A stretch of 64,000 nucleotides of DNA from positions 77,020 through 141,019 of the forward strand of contig CAYZOT010000004.1 of the NCBI GenBank assembly GCA_964480515.1. The letters are read 5' to 3'. Position numbers and translations under genes: made by a program. The notes under the pieces are model-generated. The model saw nothing but the letters and a program-made list of their open reading frames with translations. It was not told where the DNA came from and searched no databases. Shown one piece after another: positions 9,188 to 17,629 of this stretch; position 1 is the first letter of the stretch, and each line of letters opens with the position of its first letter. The DNA is from an uncultured Gemmatimonadota bacterium. GTDB taxonomy: Bacteria; Gemmatimonadota; Gemmatimonadetes; Palauibacterales; Palauibacteraceae.

Positions 9188-10438
9188 GTGACCAAGAGCA
9201 CACCCCAGGCCGCCAGATCGCATTCGGAGCCTCTACTTGCAGCAGCCAGCCCGCTGCCGGAGATCTTCGCTAAATGTCTAGCGTTCACGCGCGCGCGTGA
9301 ACTGCGGGCAATTGGCCTCTACCCCTACTTTATGCCCATCGAGGAATCGCATGACACCTATGTGGTGATCAAGGGGGAAAAGAAGATCATGGTGGGCTCT
9401 AATAATTACATGGGGCTCACACACGACCCACGAATTCTTGAAGCTGCACGTGATGCACTAGACACATTTGGTAGCGGGAATACAGGAAGTCGTTTTCTTA
9501 ACGGAAACCTTGATCTGCATGATCGTCTTGAAGAAGAGCTGGCAGATTTCGTGGGCATGGAAGAGGCTTTGGTGTTTTCCACTGGATATCAGACCAATGT
9601 GGGAACGTTAGGTGCATTGATAGGGCGCAGTGACACCGTATATGTGGATAAGCTTGATCACGCGAGCATTCAAGACGGTGTCCGTTTGGGCCTGGGCCGT
9701 GTGCAGCGCTTCAATCACGGAGACTACACAAGTCTCCATAGGATGCTACAAGCTGACAAGCCGGAACGTGGAAAGCTAATTGCTATCGACGGTGTCTTTA
9801 GTATGGAGGGTGACATCGCCGACCTTCCGGCATTGGTCGCACTTAAACGTGAGTTTGGGGCGGCTCTTGTCGTTGACGATGCGCATGCCGTTGGTGTTCT
9901 TGGAGAAACCGGAGCCGGAACGGCCGAACACTGGGGCCTAACGGATGAAGTCGACATTATCCTCGGAACTTTCTCGAAATCATTTGCCTCGATCGGAGGG
10001 TTCTGTGCCGGAAAGGCCGATGTGATCGATTATCTTCGGAATCATGCGCGAGCCTTGATGTTTAGTGCGAGCATGCCACCGGCGTCGGTAGCAACGGTGC
10101 TCAAAGCCCTCGAGATCATTCGTTCAGAGCCAGAGCGGCGTGAACGGTTGTGGGCAAACACGTACAAAATGATGGAAGGGTTTAAATCAATCGGTTTTGA
10201 CATCGGACCCACCGAGACGCCGATCGTGCCAATTCTCGTCGGCCCTATGGAGAAGACCCTTCAGTTTGGACGGGCGCTGTTTGAGGCGGGGGTGTTTGCC
10301 AATCCGGTTGTGCCCCCAGCAGTTCCCGAAGGTCAGGGCCGTCTGCGGACGAGCTATATGGCGACTCACACTGACGAAGAACTTGATTTTGTGCTCGATC
10401 AGGTCCACCGCGTAGCTAAAAAACTCGACATCGTCTGA
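9188..10438 (+). CDS. PLP-dependent alpha-oxoamine synthase, serine palmitoyltransferase-like
   Basis: GSNNYMGL ... FGSGNTGSRFLNG ... FSTGYQTN ... DHASIQDG ... TFSKSF (PLP lysine), the AOS family pattern (SPT/Kbl/BioF). The SPT call rests on genomic context. Confidence 0.65.
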   Translation: MTKSTPQAARSHSEPLLAAASPLPEIFAKCLAFTRARELRAIGLYPYFMPIEESHDTYVVIKGEKKIMVGSNNYMGLTHDPRILEAARDALDTFGSGNTGSRFLNGNLDLHDRLEEELADFVGMEEALVFSTGYQTNVGTLGALIGRSDTVYVDKLDHASIQDGVRLGLGRVQRFNHGDYTSLHRMLQADKPERGKLIAIDGVFSMEGDIADLPALVALKREFGAALVVDDAHAVGVLGETGAGTAEHWGLTDEVDIILGTFSKSFASIGGFCAGKADVIDYLRNHARALMFSASMPPASVATVLKALEIIRSEPERRERLWANTYKMMEGFKSIGFDIGPTETPIVPILVGPMEKTLQFGRALFEAGVFANPVVPPAVPEGQGRLRTSYMATHTDEELDFVLDQVHRVAKKLDIV

Positions 10439-10486
10439 CGGATCGGTGTGTAAGCGTGCGACCGATCAGCTAGAACGCCTCACAAT

Positions 10487-11632
10487 GTGGTCAACCTAAT
10501 GACGTCGCATCCTTCGTCTGTTCTCAGAGTAATTCCGGTCGTGACGCGAGAAGATCTAAACCAGTTCATCTCCTTACCTTGGTCTATCTACGGTGACGAT
10601 CCACACTGGGTTCCTCCACTGAAGTCAGATGTGCGAAATGCATTCGATCATGAAAAGCATCCTTTTCATAGACACTCCGAGGCACAACCGTTTCTAGCGC
10701 TTCGGGATTCGGTACCCGTCGGGCGAATATGCGCGATTCGCAACCGTAATCATGAAACGTTTCATAAGGAGCCGGTGGGCTTCTTCGGGTGGTTTGAGTG
10801 TGTGGACGATGTTGAAGTGGCGGCTGCCCTTTTCGATGTAGTTCGGAAATGGCTCCGTCTCCGTGATCTCAAGATCATGCGAGGCCCGACGAGCTTTTCC
10901 ACAAACGAGACATGCGGCCTGCTTATAGATGGTGAACCAGGTCCGCCGTCCGTCATGATGGCATACAACCCCAAGTATTATCCCAACCTTTTGCAAGCGT
11001 GTGGCCTCACAAAAGTAAAAGACCTCTATGCCTGGCAAATGGACGATCAAATGGATATGGGGTACTTATTGCGAGGAGAAAAGCTTGTAACACGTCGCTA
11101 CGGGATCACGATGCGGTCGCTCGACATGGCTAAGTTCGATACGGAGTTGGAGACGGTCAGGTCGATCTATAATGCGGCATGGGAGAAAAACTGGGGTTTT
11201 GTGCCCATGACGGATGGAGAGATTGATCATATGGCAGCTGAACTCAAACCGATCTTGGAACCGAAGCTTGCCTTGTTTGTTGAAGATCCAGACGGGGTAC
11301 CAATCGGTTTTGCACTAGCCTTGCCAGACTTCAACCAGGTTCTCAAGAAGATGGATGGCAAACTGTGGCCTTTTGGCATCCTTAAGGCGCTCATCGCAAA
11401 GCGCCGAATCAACTGGATGCGTGTGATCATTCTCGGGCTCGTTGAGGAATGGCGTGGAAAAGGGATCGATGTTCTGCTTTATCTCGGTATGATTCGAGCT
11501 GGCAGGGAGGTTGGGATCACAGAGGGGGAGCAGTCTTGGATTCTTGAGGACAATGACAAGATGAACGCCTCGATCAAGCGTCTTGGGGGTCAGATGTACC
11601 GTACCTACCGCCTCTACGAAATTCCCCTATAA
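10487..11632 (+). CDS. GNAT-fold N-acyltransferase-like protein (candidate bacterial ceramide synthase)
   Basis: 381 aa, two acyltransferase-like halves, no TM segments. 49 bp downstream of the SPT-like gene on the same strand. Confidence 0.45.
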   Translation: MVNLMTSHPSSVLRVIPVVTREDLNQFISLPWSIYGDDPHWVPPLKSDVRNAFDHEKHPFHRHSEAQPFLALRDSVPVGRICAIRNRNHETFHKEPVGFFGWFECVDDVEVAAALFDVVRKWLRLRDLKIMRGPTSFSTNETCGLLIDGEPGPPSVMMAYNPKYYPNLLQACGLTKVKDLYAWQMDDQMDMGYLLRGEKLVTRRYGITMRSLDMAKFDTELETVRSIYNAAWEKNWGFVPMTDGEIDHMAAELKPILEPKLALFVEDPDGVPIGFALALPDFNQVLKKMDGKLWPFGILKALIAKRRINWMRVIILGLVEEWRGKGIDVLLYLGMIRAGREVGITEGEQSWILEDNDKMNASIKRLGGQMYRTYRLYEIPL

Positions 11633-11655
11633 ATGCTTTACTTTATCACTTTACC

Positions 11656-12651
11656 ATGATTTTCCTAACGGGAGCAACAGGTTTTCTCGGTAGCCATGTT
11701 GCTGAGAAATTGGTGGAAAATGGTCACAAGGTCCGGTGTAGTATTCGAAGGACGAGCAATAAGCGGTGGATCAATTCCATTGACGTGGAAACTGTTGAAC
11801 TGGATTTGGGTACAGTAAGGCAGGCTTTACAGTCCGACGCAGCCGAAGAGCCTAAATCTAATGAGGGGAGTGTAACGCCGCCCAAGGCTCTCGAGGGCGT
11901 TGAGATTGTGATTCACTGCGGCGGGCTCACAAGTGCGCGCAATGAAGATGAGTTTATGGCGGTGAATGCAGCGGGTACTGCAGAATTGGCGAAAGCTGCG
12001 TCAGCTGCAGGAGTTGCTCGGTTTATATATATCAGCAGTCTCGCAGCGCGTGGACCGGATGGCGCGAGTGGACCTGTGACTCCCTATGGTCGTTCTAAAC
12101 TATTGGGCGAGCGACTGTTAGAGGAAAATAAAGGCGATATGACGACTGTTGTTCTCCGGCCCGGTGGTATTTATGGGGCACGCGACTCGGCACTCCTACC
12201 TCTGTTTCAGATGGCAACGCGAGGGTGGATGGTAGTCCCGCGAAGCGAGGTGCCACTTCAACCGGTCTACGTTTCAGATGTTGTGACGGCAACAATCGCA
12301 GCAATAGACGCACCGACGGTGGATAAGCCGGTCGAGATAGCAGGAGCCCCAAAATATCGGTGGGAAGAGTTGGCGCAGGTGGTGGGAGCTGCGGTTGGAG
12401 ATGGAGTGCGCGTGGTTCGAGTACCCATGGCCTTTCTCAGGGCGGCGGGTCTTGTGTCCGAGCTTGGGGCTAAACTTGTGGGCAGATTGCCGGCGGTGGA
12501 TCGGAGAAAAGTACGAGACATCGGCCACCATTCATGGACATGCGACATTGAAGAGGCGGGAAGGCTCCTTGAAGGTTGGAAACCACGAGTGGAGCTGAAC
12601 GACGGGATGTCGCGCACGTTTGTTTGGTATCGTCAAGCGGGATGGATGTGA
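11656..12651 (+). CDS. NAD(P)-dependent epimerase/dehydratase-family reductase (candidate 3-ketosphinganine/ceramide reductase)
   Basis: N-terminal TGATGFLGSHV Rossmann motif, 331 aa. 24 bp after the preceding gene. Confidence 0.6.
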   Translation: MIFLTGATGFLGSHVAEKLVENGHKVRCSIRRTSNKRWINSIDVETVELDLGTVRQALQSDAAEEPKSNEGSVTPPKALEGVEIVIHCGGLTSARNEDEFMAVNAAGTAELAKAASAAGVARFIYISSLAARGPDGASGPVTPYGRSKLLGERLLEENKGDMTTVVLRPGGIYGARDSALLPLFQMATRGWMVVPRSEVPLQPVYVSDVVTATIAAIDAPTVDKPVEIAGAPKYRWEELAQVVGAAVGDGVRVVRVPMAFLRAAGLVSELGAKLVGRLPAVDRRKVRDIGHHSWTCDIEEAGRLLEGWKPRVELNDGMSRTFVWYRQAGWM

Positions 12652-13532
12652 CAGACGCTCAGGGATTATTGGCGGTCGATCGGCTAACTCGGGTTTATTT
12701 GGGAGTTACCGCCATCTTCGCTGTGGTTTTTGGTGGGATGACGGGGTTAGTCATCGCCGGAATCCATGCGGTCGCTTATCTGGCGATTACGCCACTGGCA
12801 CGCTGGCGGCCAGAAAACGGCCTTCTCGGTTTTCTGAGAGTGTCCTATCCAGTGGCGTTGGCACCCGTTTTATATGCCGAAATTGCTACGCTGAATCGTT
12901 TTTTTACGGAAAGTTTTTTCGATGGTTTAGTACAAAGTTGGGATGCCAAACTTTTTGGGGGGCAACCCAGCATTGAGCTTAGTTCCGCGTTACCGTGGCT
13001 GCCTTTATCCGAAGTGCTTCACTTCGCCTATTTTGGGTACTACGGTATAGTCCCGGTAGCGCTGATTGGGGTTTTTTGTACCAAAGGTTTTGCAGCGTTA
13101 CACCGCACCGCGTTTGTAGTCGCCACCGCATTTTTTGCTTGTTACCTGATTTTTATGGTTTTCCCGGTTGCCGGACCTCGGTATGAGTTCGCGCGGATTG
13201 AAGGACCAATTAGCGAGGGTGCATTTTACGGGTTGGTGCACACAATTTTGGAGAGCGGCTCTTCAAAAGGTGCCGCCTTTCCGAGTTCTCATATTGCGGC
13301 ATCCCTAGCGGCTGTTCTGGGTGCAGCACGGGAAGATACACGATGGTTCTGGCTTTTGATCGTTCCGGAGATCGCCCTCGCTGTAGGTACCGTCTATGGG
13401 CGTTTCCATTATGCAATCGATGCGTTGGCAGGGTTTGCGTTGGCCGTTTTGATCTGGAGATTCGACCGAAGGCTCTTTGGGTTTTTCAGCCCTAGGCAAC
13501 CTGTGCTGGGATCGAGGTATCCAACGGAGTGA
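12642..13532 (+). CDS. PAP2-family integral membrane enzyme (phosphatase/headgroup transferase superfamily)
   Basis: Multiple TM helices. PAP2 motifs PSSH and Y-G-R-F-H-Y-A-I-D (SRx5Hx3D-like). ATG at 12642 overlaps the stop of the upstream reductase (ATGGATGTGA); the ORF-track start at 12576 is probably too long. Confidence 0.6.
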   Translation: MDVTDAQGLLAVDRLTRVYLGVTAIFAVVFGGMTGLVIAGIHAVAYLAITPLARWRPENGLLGFLRVSYPVALAPVLYAEIATLNRFFTESFFDGLVQSWDAKLFGGQPSIELSSALPWLPLSEVLHFAYFGYYGIVPVALIGVFCTKGFAALHRTAFVVATAFFACYLIFMVFPVAGPRYEFARIEGPISEGAFYGLVHTILESGSSKGAAFPSSHIAASLAAVLGAAREDTRWFWLLIVPEIALAVGTVYGRFHYAIDALAGFALAVLIWRFDRRLFGFFSPRQPVLGSRYPTE

Positions 13533-14119
13533 TGTCGGAGAGCAGTGTGGCGAGGAGCTGCGTGGAAGAAGACAATCTGATCACCAGGGCAAAAGCAGGT
13601 GACCGCTCCGCGATGGGTGAACTGCATGAACTTCACGCACGTCGAGTATATACCGCTGTACGTCGTTTAGTAGGAAACGATCAGCTTGCTGAAGATCTTT
13701 CACAAGAAGCTTGGATCCGGGCGTTCGAGAAACTTGATCTGTTCAGGGGTGAAGCTGCATTTGGGACCTGGTTGTACCGTTTGGCGACCAATGTGGCACT
13801 CAATTATTTGCGGCGTTCATCGAAGAGAAGCTCCGTAGAAGCTGAGGCCAATCTTCCACGTGTCACGAAAGCTCAGGACGACGTGATTGTCGCAAGGCAT
13901 GTTTTGATGCAAGCGATTGATCAACTGCCCCCAGGATATCGCCGTGTCTTAGTCCTACATGATGTTGAGGGCTGGACCCACCAGGAAATTGCTCGGTCAC
14001 TCAGCTGTTCTCCCGGCACGTCGAAATCACAGTTACACAAAGCTCGAGCCCGAATGCGCGAACTAATGCAACCCGTCAGTTCGAGTAATGATGGCATGCG
14101 CGATAAAGCGAGTTTGTAG
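13529..14119 (+). CDS. RNA polymerase ECF-type sigma-70 factor
   Basis: Region 2 (EDLSQEAWIRAFEKLDLF) and region 4 HTH (GWTHQEIARSLSCSPGTSKSQLHKARARM). Confidence 0.8.
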   Translation: MMSESSVARSCVEEDNLITRAKAGDRSAMGELHELHARRVYTAVRRLVGNDQLAEDLSQEAWIRAFEKLDLFRGEAAFGTWLYRLATNVALNYLRRSSKRSSVEAEANLPRVTKAQDDVIVARHVLMQAIDQLPPGYRRVLVLHDVEGWTHQEIARSLSCSPGTSKSQLHKARARMRELMQPVSSSNDGMRDKASL

Positions 14120-14924
14120 GAATTTTGGTGAACGGTATAGACAGATGAATCAATCGGCGTCGGAACACCTGACAGCAGAACAAATCTCTGAGTTGCTCGA
14201 TGAGCCACGGAAGGACAAAGAGGATTGGTTCCATCTAGAAACGTGCGAGGAGTGCAGGGCGGAATTTGAACGGTTTAGCCGTATTCGCATGGCGCTATCG
14301 GCACTGCCGGACTTGGACCCTCCGGCCGATGAGTGGACGGCAATCGAGGCGAAATTGGATTCAAAGGAGCCTCGGATCAACCAAAGCATATTAGGATTTA
14401 GTTGGGATGCGGAGCGCCCTCATTTCATTTTCGGTTCGCACCAGTTGGCCGTTGCCGCTGCTGTTGCTGTTGTCGTTTTTGCGGCGGGTGTTTTCGCCGG
14501 GCTTCAGCTTCCGGGTCCGATTGGGTTTTTTGCTGAAAACACATTACAACCTGGCCTCTTGGCGCCCGCGGTCCAAGATGAAATCGTTTTGAATGAACCG
14601 ACGGAGCTTGAGTCGCAGCGCTCGCCGATACAACAGGCAGGTATGAGTGCTTTCGAGGGGGTGGAATTTGAGCCTGTTCGTCGTTATGAAGGTCGCTCGG
14701 GTCTTCTTGTACTCCGCGTAACACCACGTACGGCCGCGGCAAAACTAGGCTTACGGTCTGGAGACGTCGTGGTTGACGCAGGGAACCTGCCTACTCGTCA
14801 AGTCCCTGACCTGATCCAAGCCATAAACGCTTCTCAAGGGTCACCCCTCAGTGTTCGTTGGATCCGGAATGGGCGCGAAATGGTAAAACTTTGGCCAGCA
14901 AGTGAAATCCGGCCCAAAGAATAG
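14088..14924 (+). CDS. anti-sigma factor: zinc-finger N-domain, single TM helix, periplasmic PDZ-like domain (start may be at the internal Met ~14148)
   Basis: H-x3-C-x2-C (HLETCEECRAEF), hydrophobic segment AVAAAVAVVVFAAGVFAGL, C-terminal GLRSGDVVVDAGN... PDZ-like pattern. Overlaps the sigma gene. Confidence 0.6.
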   Translation: MMACAIKRVCRNFGERYRQMNQSASEHLTAEQISELLDEPRKDKEDWFHLETCEECRAEFERFSRIRMALSALPDLDPPADEWTAIEAKLDSKEPRINQSILGFSWDAERPHFIFGSHQLAVAAAVAVVVFAAGVFAGLQLPGPIGFFAENTLQPGLLAPAVQDEIVLNEPTELESQRSPIQQAGMSAFEGVEFEPVRRYEGRSGLLVLRVTPRTAAAKLGLRSGDVVVDAGNLPTRQVPDLIQAINASQGSPLSVRWIRNGREMVKLWPASEIRPKE

Positions 14925-15000
14925 ACGAAATCTGTAGAAGTCACCCCTATTTCTGTTTATTTTCACAGTATCGCAAGCAAATTCGGCTCGATCCCAAAGT

Positions 15001-15015
15001 GTATACAAAGTATAC
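15001..15015. promoter_or_regulatory. GTATAC-AAA-GTATAC tandem palindromic hexamers upstream of icd
   Basis: Seen directly; lies in the relatively AT-rich 323-bp region upstream of icd. Confidence 0.2.
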
Positions 15016-15208
15016 GCACTGTTTGTTTTGAAAGCTTATTTGACTTGGGTGCGCCCAGTAGAAGATGATTTTGGATTAAAGGGGCCAGCACAAAAGAAGC
15101 TGCTGAGTGCAATTGAAACAAAGGGGTAAGAGCAAATGCGGACTTGTGTGCGGTTTGTCCGCTAGAATGGACCATCGTACTCTCTCTGCCCCGGAGTAAC
15201 TAGCGGGT

Positions 15209-15232
15209 TTCAATATTTACGCTTCAATATTT
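15209..15232. promoter_or_regulatory. direct repeat TTCAATATTT x2 (4-bp spacer) 16-39 bp upstream of the icd start
   Basis: Seen directly; candidate promoter/operator element. Confidence 0.2.
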
Positions 15233-15247
15233 GAGGATAAAAGAAAT

Positions 15248-16498
15248 ATGTCGAGTTTTTCGAAATATGGTGGTCTCAGTGCACCAATGAAGGGTGAAGC
15301 AGTCGAATTGTCAGATGGGGCGCTGAATGTTCCAGATAATCCGATCATTCCGTTTATTGAAGGAGATGGGATAGGTCCGGATATTTGGTCAGCGGCCCAG
15401 GCGGTACTGGAGGCGGCGGTCGAGAAAGCATATGGCTCCAGTCGTTCCATCGTGTGGTTTGAGGTTCTCGCGGGCGAAAAAGCAAATGAGACCCTTGGAA
15501 ATTGGTTGCCAGACGAAACCTTGGAAGCGATTAAGGATCATCTGGTAGCGATCAAGGGGCCCCTTACGACACCGGTAGGAGGGGGGATTCGGTCATTGAA
15601 CGTGGCACTTAGACAAAAGCTGGATCTTTTTGCCTGCGTTCGACCGGTACGTTGGTTTGAGGGAGTACCTTCGCCGGTCCTACGTCCGGAGCTCGTGGAC
15701 ATGACGATCTTTCGGGAAAATACAGAAGACATCTATGCCGGGATTGAATGGGAAGAGGGGAGTGGAGAGGTAAGTCAGGTTATTCAATTTTTACAAAAAG
15801 AAATGGGTGTTTCGACAATCCGGTTCCCGAAATCGAGTGCGATTGGTGTGAAGCCCATCTCGGAAGAAGGAACGAAACGTCTTGTGCGAGCAGCTATACG
15901 CTACGCACGGAAGACGGGTTCCAAGAGCGTTACATTCGTCCACAAGGGCAACATCATGAAATTTACCGAAGGTGCTTTTCGTGATTGGGGCTATGAGGTT
16001 GCGGCTGAGGAGTTTGGGGCCGAAGAGCTCGATGGTGGCCCATGGTCGAAAACTCCCGATGGGATCGTAATCAAGGATGTGATTGCGGATGCATTTCTAC
16101 AGCAGATCCTTACCAGACCTGGTGAGTACGATGTTATCGCCACAATGAACCTGAACGGCGACTATATTTCGGATGCATTGGCAGCCCAGGTTGGTGGTAT
16201 TGGCATTGCCCCCGGGGCCAACATTAATTACGAGACTGGTCACGCGATTTTCGAAGCGACACACGGTACTGCACCGAAGTATGCCGGCCAAGACAAGGTG
16301 AACCCGGGCTCCGTGATTTTGTCAGGCGAGATGATGCTTAGGTATCTCGGCTGGAACGAAGCCGCTGATTTCATCATTTCATCGTTGAATACGACGCTTG
16401 GGCAAAGGCGAGTCACGTATGACTTCGAACGCTTGATGCAGGATGCCACCTTGCTCAAGTGTAGCGAATTTGGCCGAGCTATGATCGAAAACATGTAG
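15248..16498 (+). CDS. icd: NADP-dependent isocitrate dehydrogenase
   Basis: Strong similarity in pattern to E. coli Icd ([55 protein letters not shown]). 416 aa. Confidence 0.9.
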   Translation: MSSFSKYGGLSAPMKGEAVELSDGALNVPDNPIIPFIEGDGIGPDIWSAAQAVLEAAVEKAYGSSRSIVWFEVLAGEKANETLGNWLPDETLEAIKDHLVAIKGPLTTPVGGGIRSLNVALRQKLDLFACVRPVRWFEGVPSPVLRPELVDMTIFRENTEDIYAGIEWEEGSGEVSQVIQFLQKEMGVSTIRFPKSSAIGVKPISEEGTKRLVRAAIRYARKTGSKSVTFVHKGNIMKFTEGAFRDWGYEVAAEEFGAEELDGGPWSKTPDGIVIKDVIADAFLQQILTRPGEYDVIATMNLNGDYISDALAAQVGGIGIAPGANINYETGHAIFEATHGTAPKYAGQDKVNPGSVILSGEMMLRYLGWNEAADFIISSLNTTLGQRRVTYDFERLMQDATLLKCSEFGRAMIENM

Positions 16499-16518
16499 GG
16501 ACAGTTCTATTTAATTGA

Positions 16519-16800
16519 GTGGGGAAGATGGACATCTCTCACAATCCTGGAACCGAACGTTTCGCCGTTCATTTAGCCGGTGGTGAAGCCTATGTGTCAT
16601 ACCGTCAGAAAGGCGAAGTGATGGATATTGTGAGCACGTGGGTTCCACCCGAACACCGCAGGCTTGGAATCGGAGAAAAACTCGTGATCTATGCATTGGA
16701 TCATGCACAGGCGAACGAGTATAAGGTCATACCCACTTGTCCGTTTGTCCCAGGCGTGATCGATGCACACCCGGAGTATGAAACACTGGTCGCGGATTGA
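16519..16800 (+). CDS. small GNAT-like acetyltransferase (YjdJ/Acetyltransf_CG-like, ~93 aa)
   Basis: Size and ...VSTWVPPEHRRLGIGEKLV... pattern typical of the minimal GNAT family. Confidence 0.55.
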   Translation: MGKMDISHNPGTERFAVHLAGGEAYVSYRQKGEVMDIVSTWVPPEHRRLGIGEKLVIYALDHAQANEYKVIPTCPFVPGVIDAHPEYETLVAD

Positions 16801-17020
16801 GATTGGAGATCAATGGAGTGAGAGGCGAAGAAATGATAGAAAAGTCTCTGTTTGAAACAGGGAATGAAAAAAATTAGAAAAAGAAATGCTTCGATTGAAA
16901 GAAGAATTAGATGTTGATGATGAAGGACTGATCGCATGGATGAGAAGAGTGATGAAATATCTAAAAATCGAGATTCCCGATTCAGAAGCTGACTGATAAA
17001 AGCTAGGACTGCACAACGCT
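16801..17020. other. AT-rich (~37% GC) island between convergent genes
   Basis: Composition departs sharply from the ~58% GC flanks; contains A-runs and a 36-codon ORF. Confidence 0.5.
16886..16996 (+). CDS. hypothetical 36-aa small ORF (MLRLKEELDVDDEGLIAWMRRVMKYLKIEIPDSEAD) inside the AT-rich island
   Basis: ATG-to-TGA ORF below the track length cutoff; no homology recognised. Confidence 0.15.
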   Translation: MLRLKEELDVDDEGLIAWMRRVMKYLKIEIPDSEAD

Positions 17021-17509
17021 CTAGAAATCTAGTACGGAGTCATCCTTTAGGGCTGGGTCGTCGACCAAGCCGAGTCTGGCTTGAACCTCTGGTGTGATCA
17101 AGGCACGTCCACTAAATCCGGCATCGATCTCATGCCAATAACGCACTTTTTCCTCTCCTGAGTGCCAACATAAATAGACCCATCGCCCATCAATAGTGCT
17201 TGGAAAGTCGACGATCCCATGATCGAGGCCAGCAGAGGGTAAGCGAATCCCCACGTTGGTCATCCGGTCTTGGATGAGTCGATCAATGGCACGATGAATA
17301 CGCGCAACAGCTTTTCTATGGGCTAGAAACTCGAGGTGATCAAGATTGTCTGGTTGTAAGATGCGATCTCCCCAGAGAGTGTGGAGAACCACAATCTTAT
17401 CTCTACGCCTCTGTGCGGCATCAGCTCCTGCCCGGATCCTTCGAAAGGTCGCTCGGACATGAGGGATGAGTGCGTTCGCTTGTTCGACCGTAAAAGCGTG
17501 CCTTTTCAT
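17021..17509 (-). CDS. conserved hypothetical protein (DUF2203-like)
   Basis: Start placed at the internal Met ([16 protein letters not shown]...); the family assignment is from memory of the N-terminal FTxEEANALLP pattern and is uncertain. Confidence 0.45.
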   Translation of the reverse strand: MKRHAFTVEQANALIPHVRATFRRIRAGADAAQRRRDKIVVLHTLWGDRILQPDNLDHLEFLAHRKAVARIHRAIDRLIQDRMTNVGIRLPSAGLDHGIVDFPSTIDGRWVYLCWHSGEEKVRYWHEIDAGFSGRALITPEVQARLGLVDDPALKDDSVLDF

Positions 17510-17629
17510 GTGTAAAAAGATTCGTCCGCATCTCGGCAAAGGCAACTAAACCGAAAACACTGTCCGTTTTGAATCGAGCGTTGTGCTAGAAAAGTAGGTT
17601 GTGATCCGGTGCCTTGCAGGTGTGCAAGC

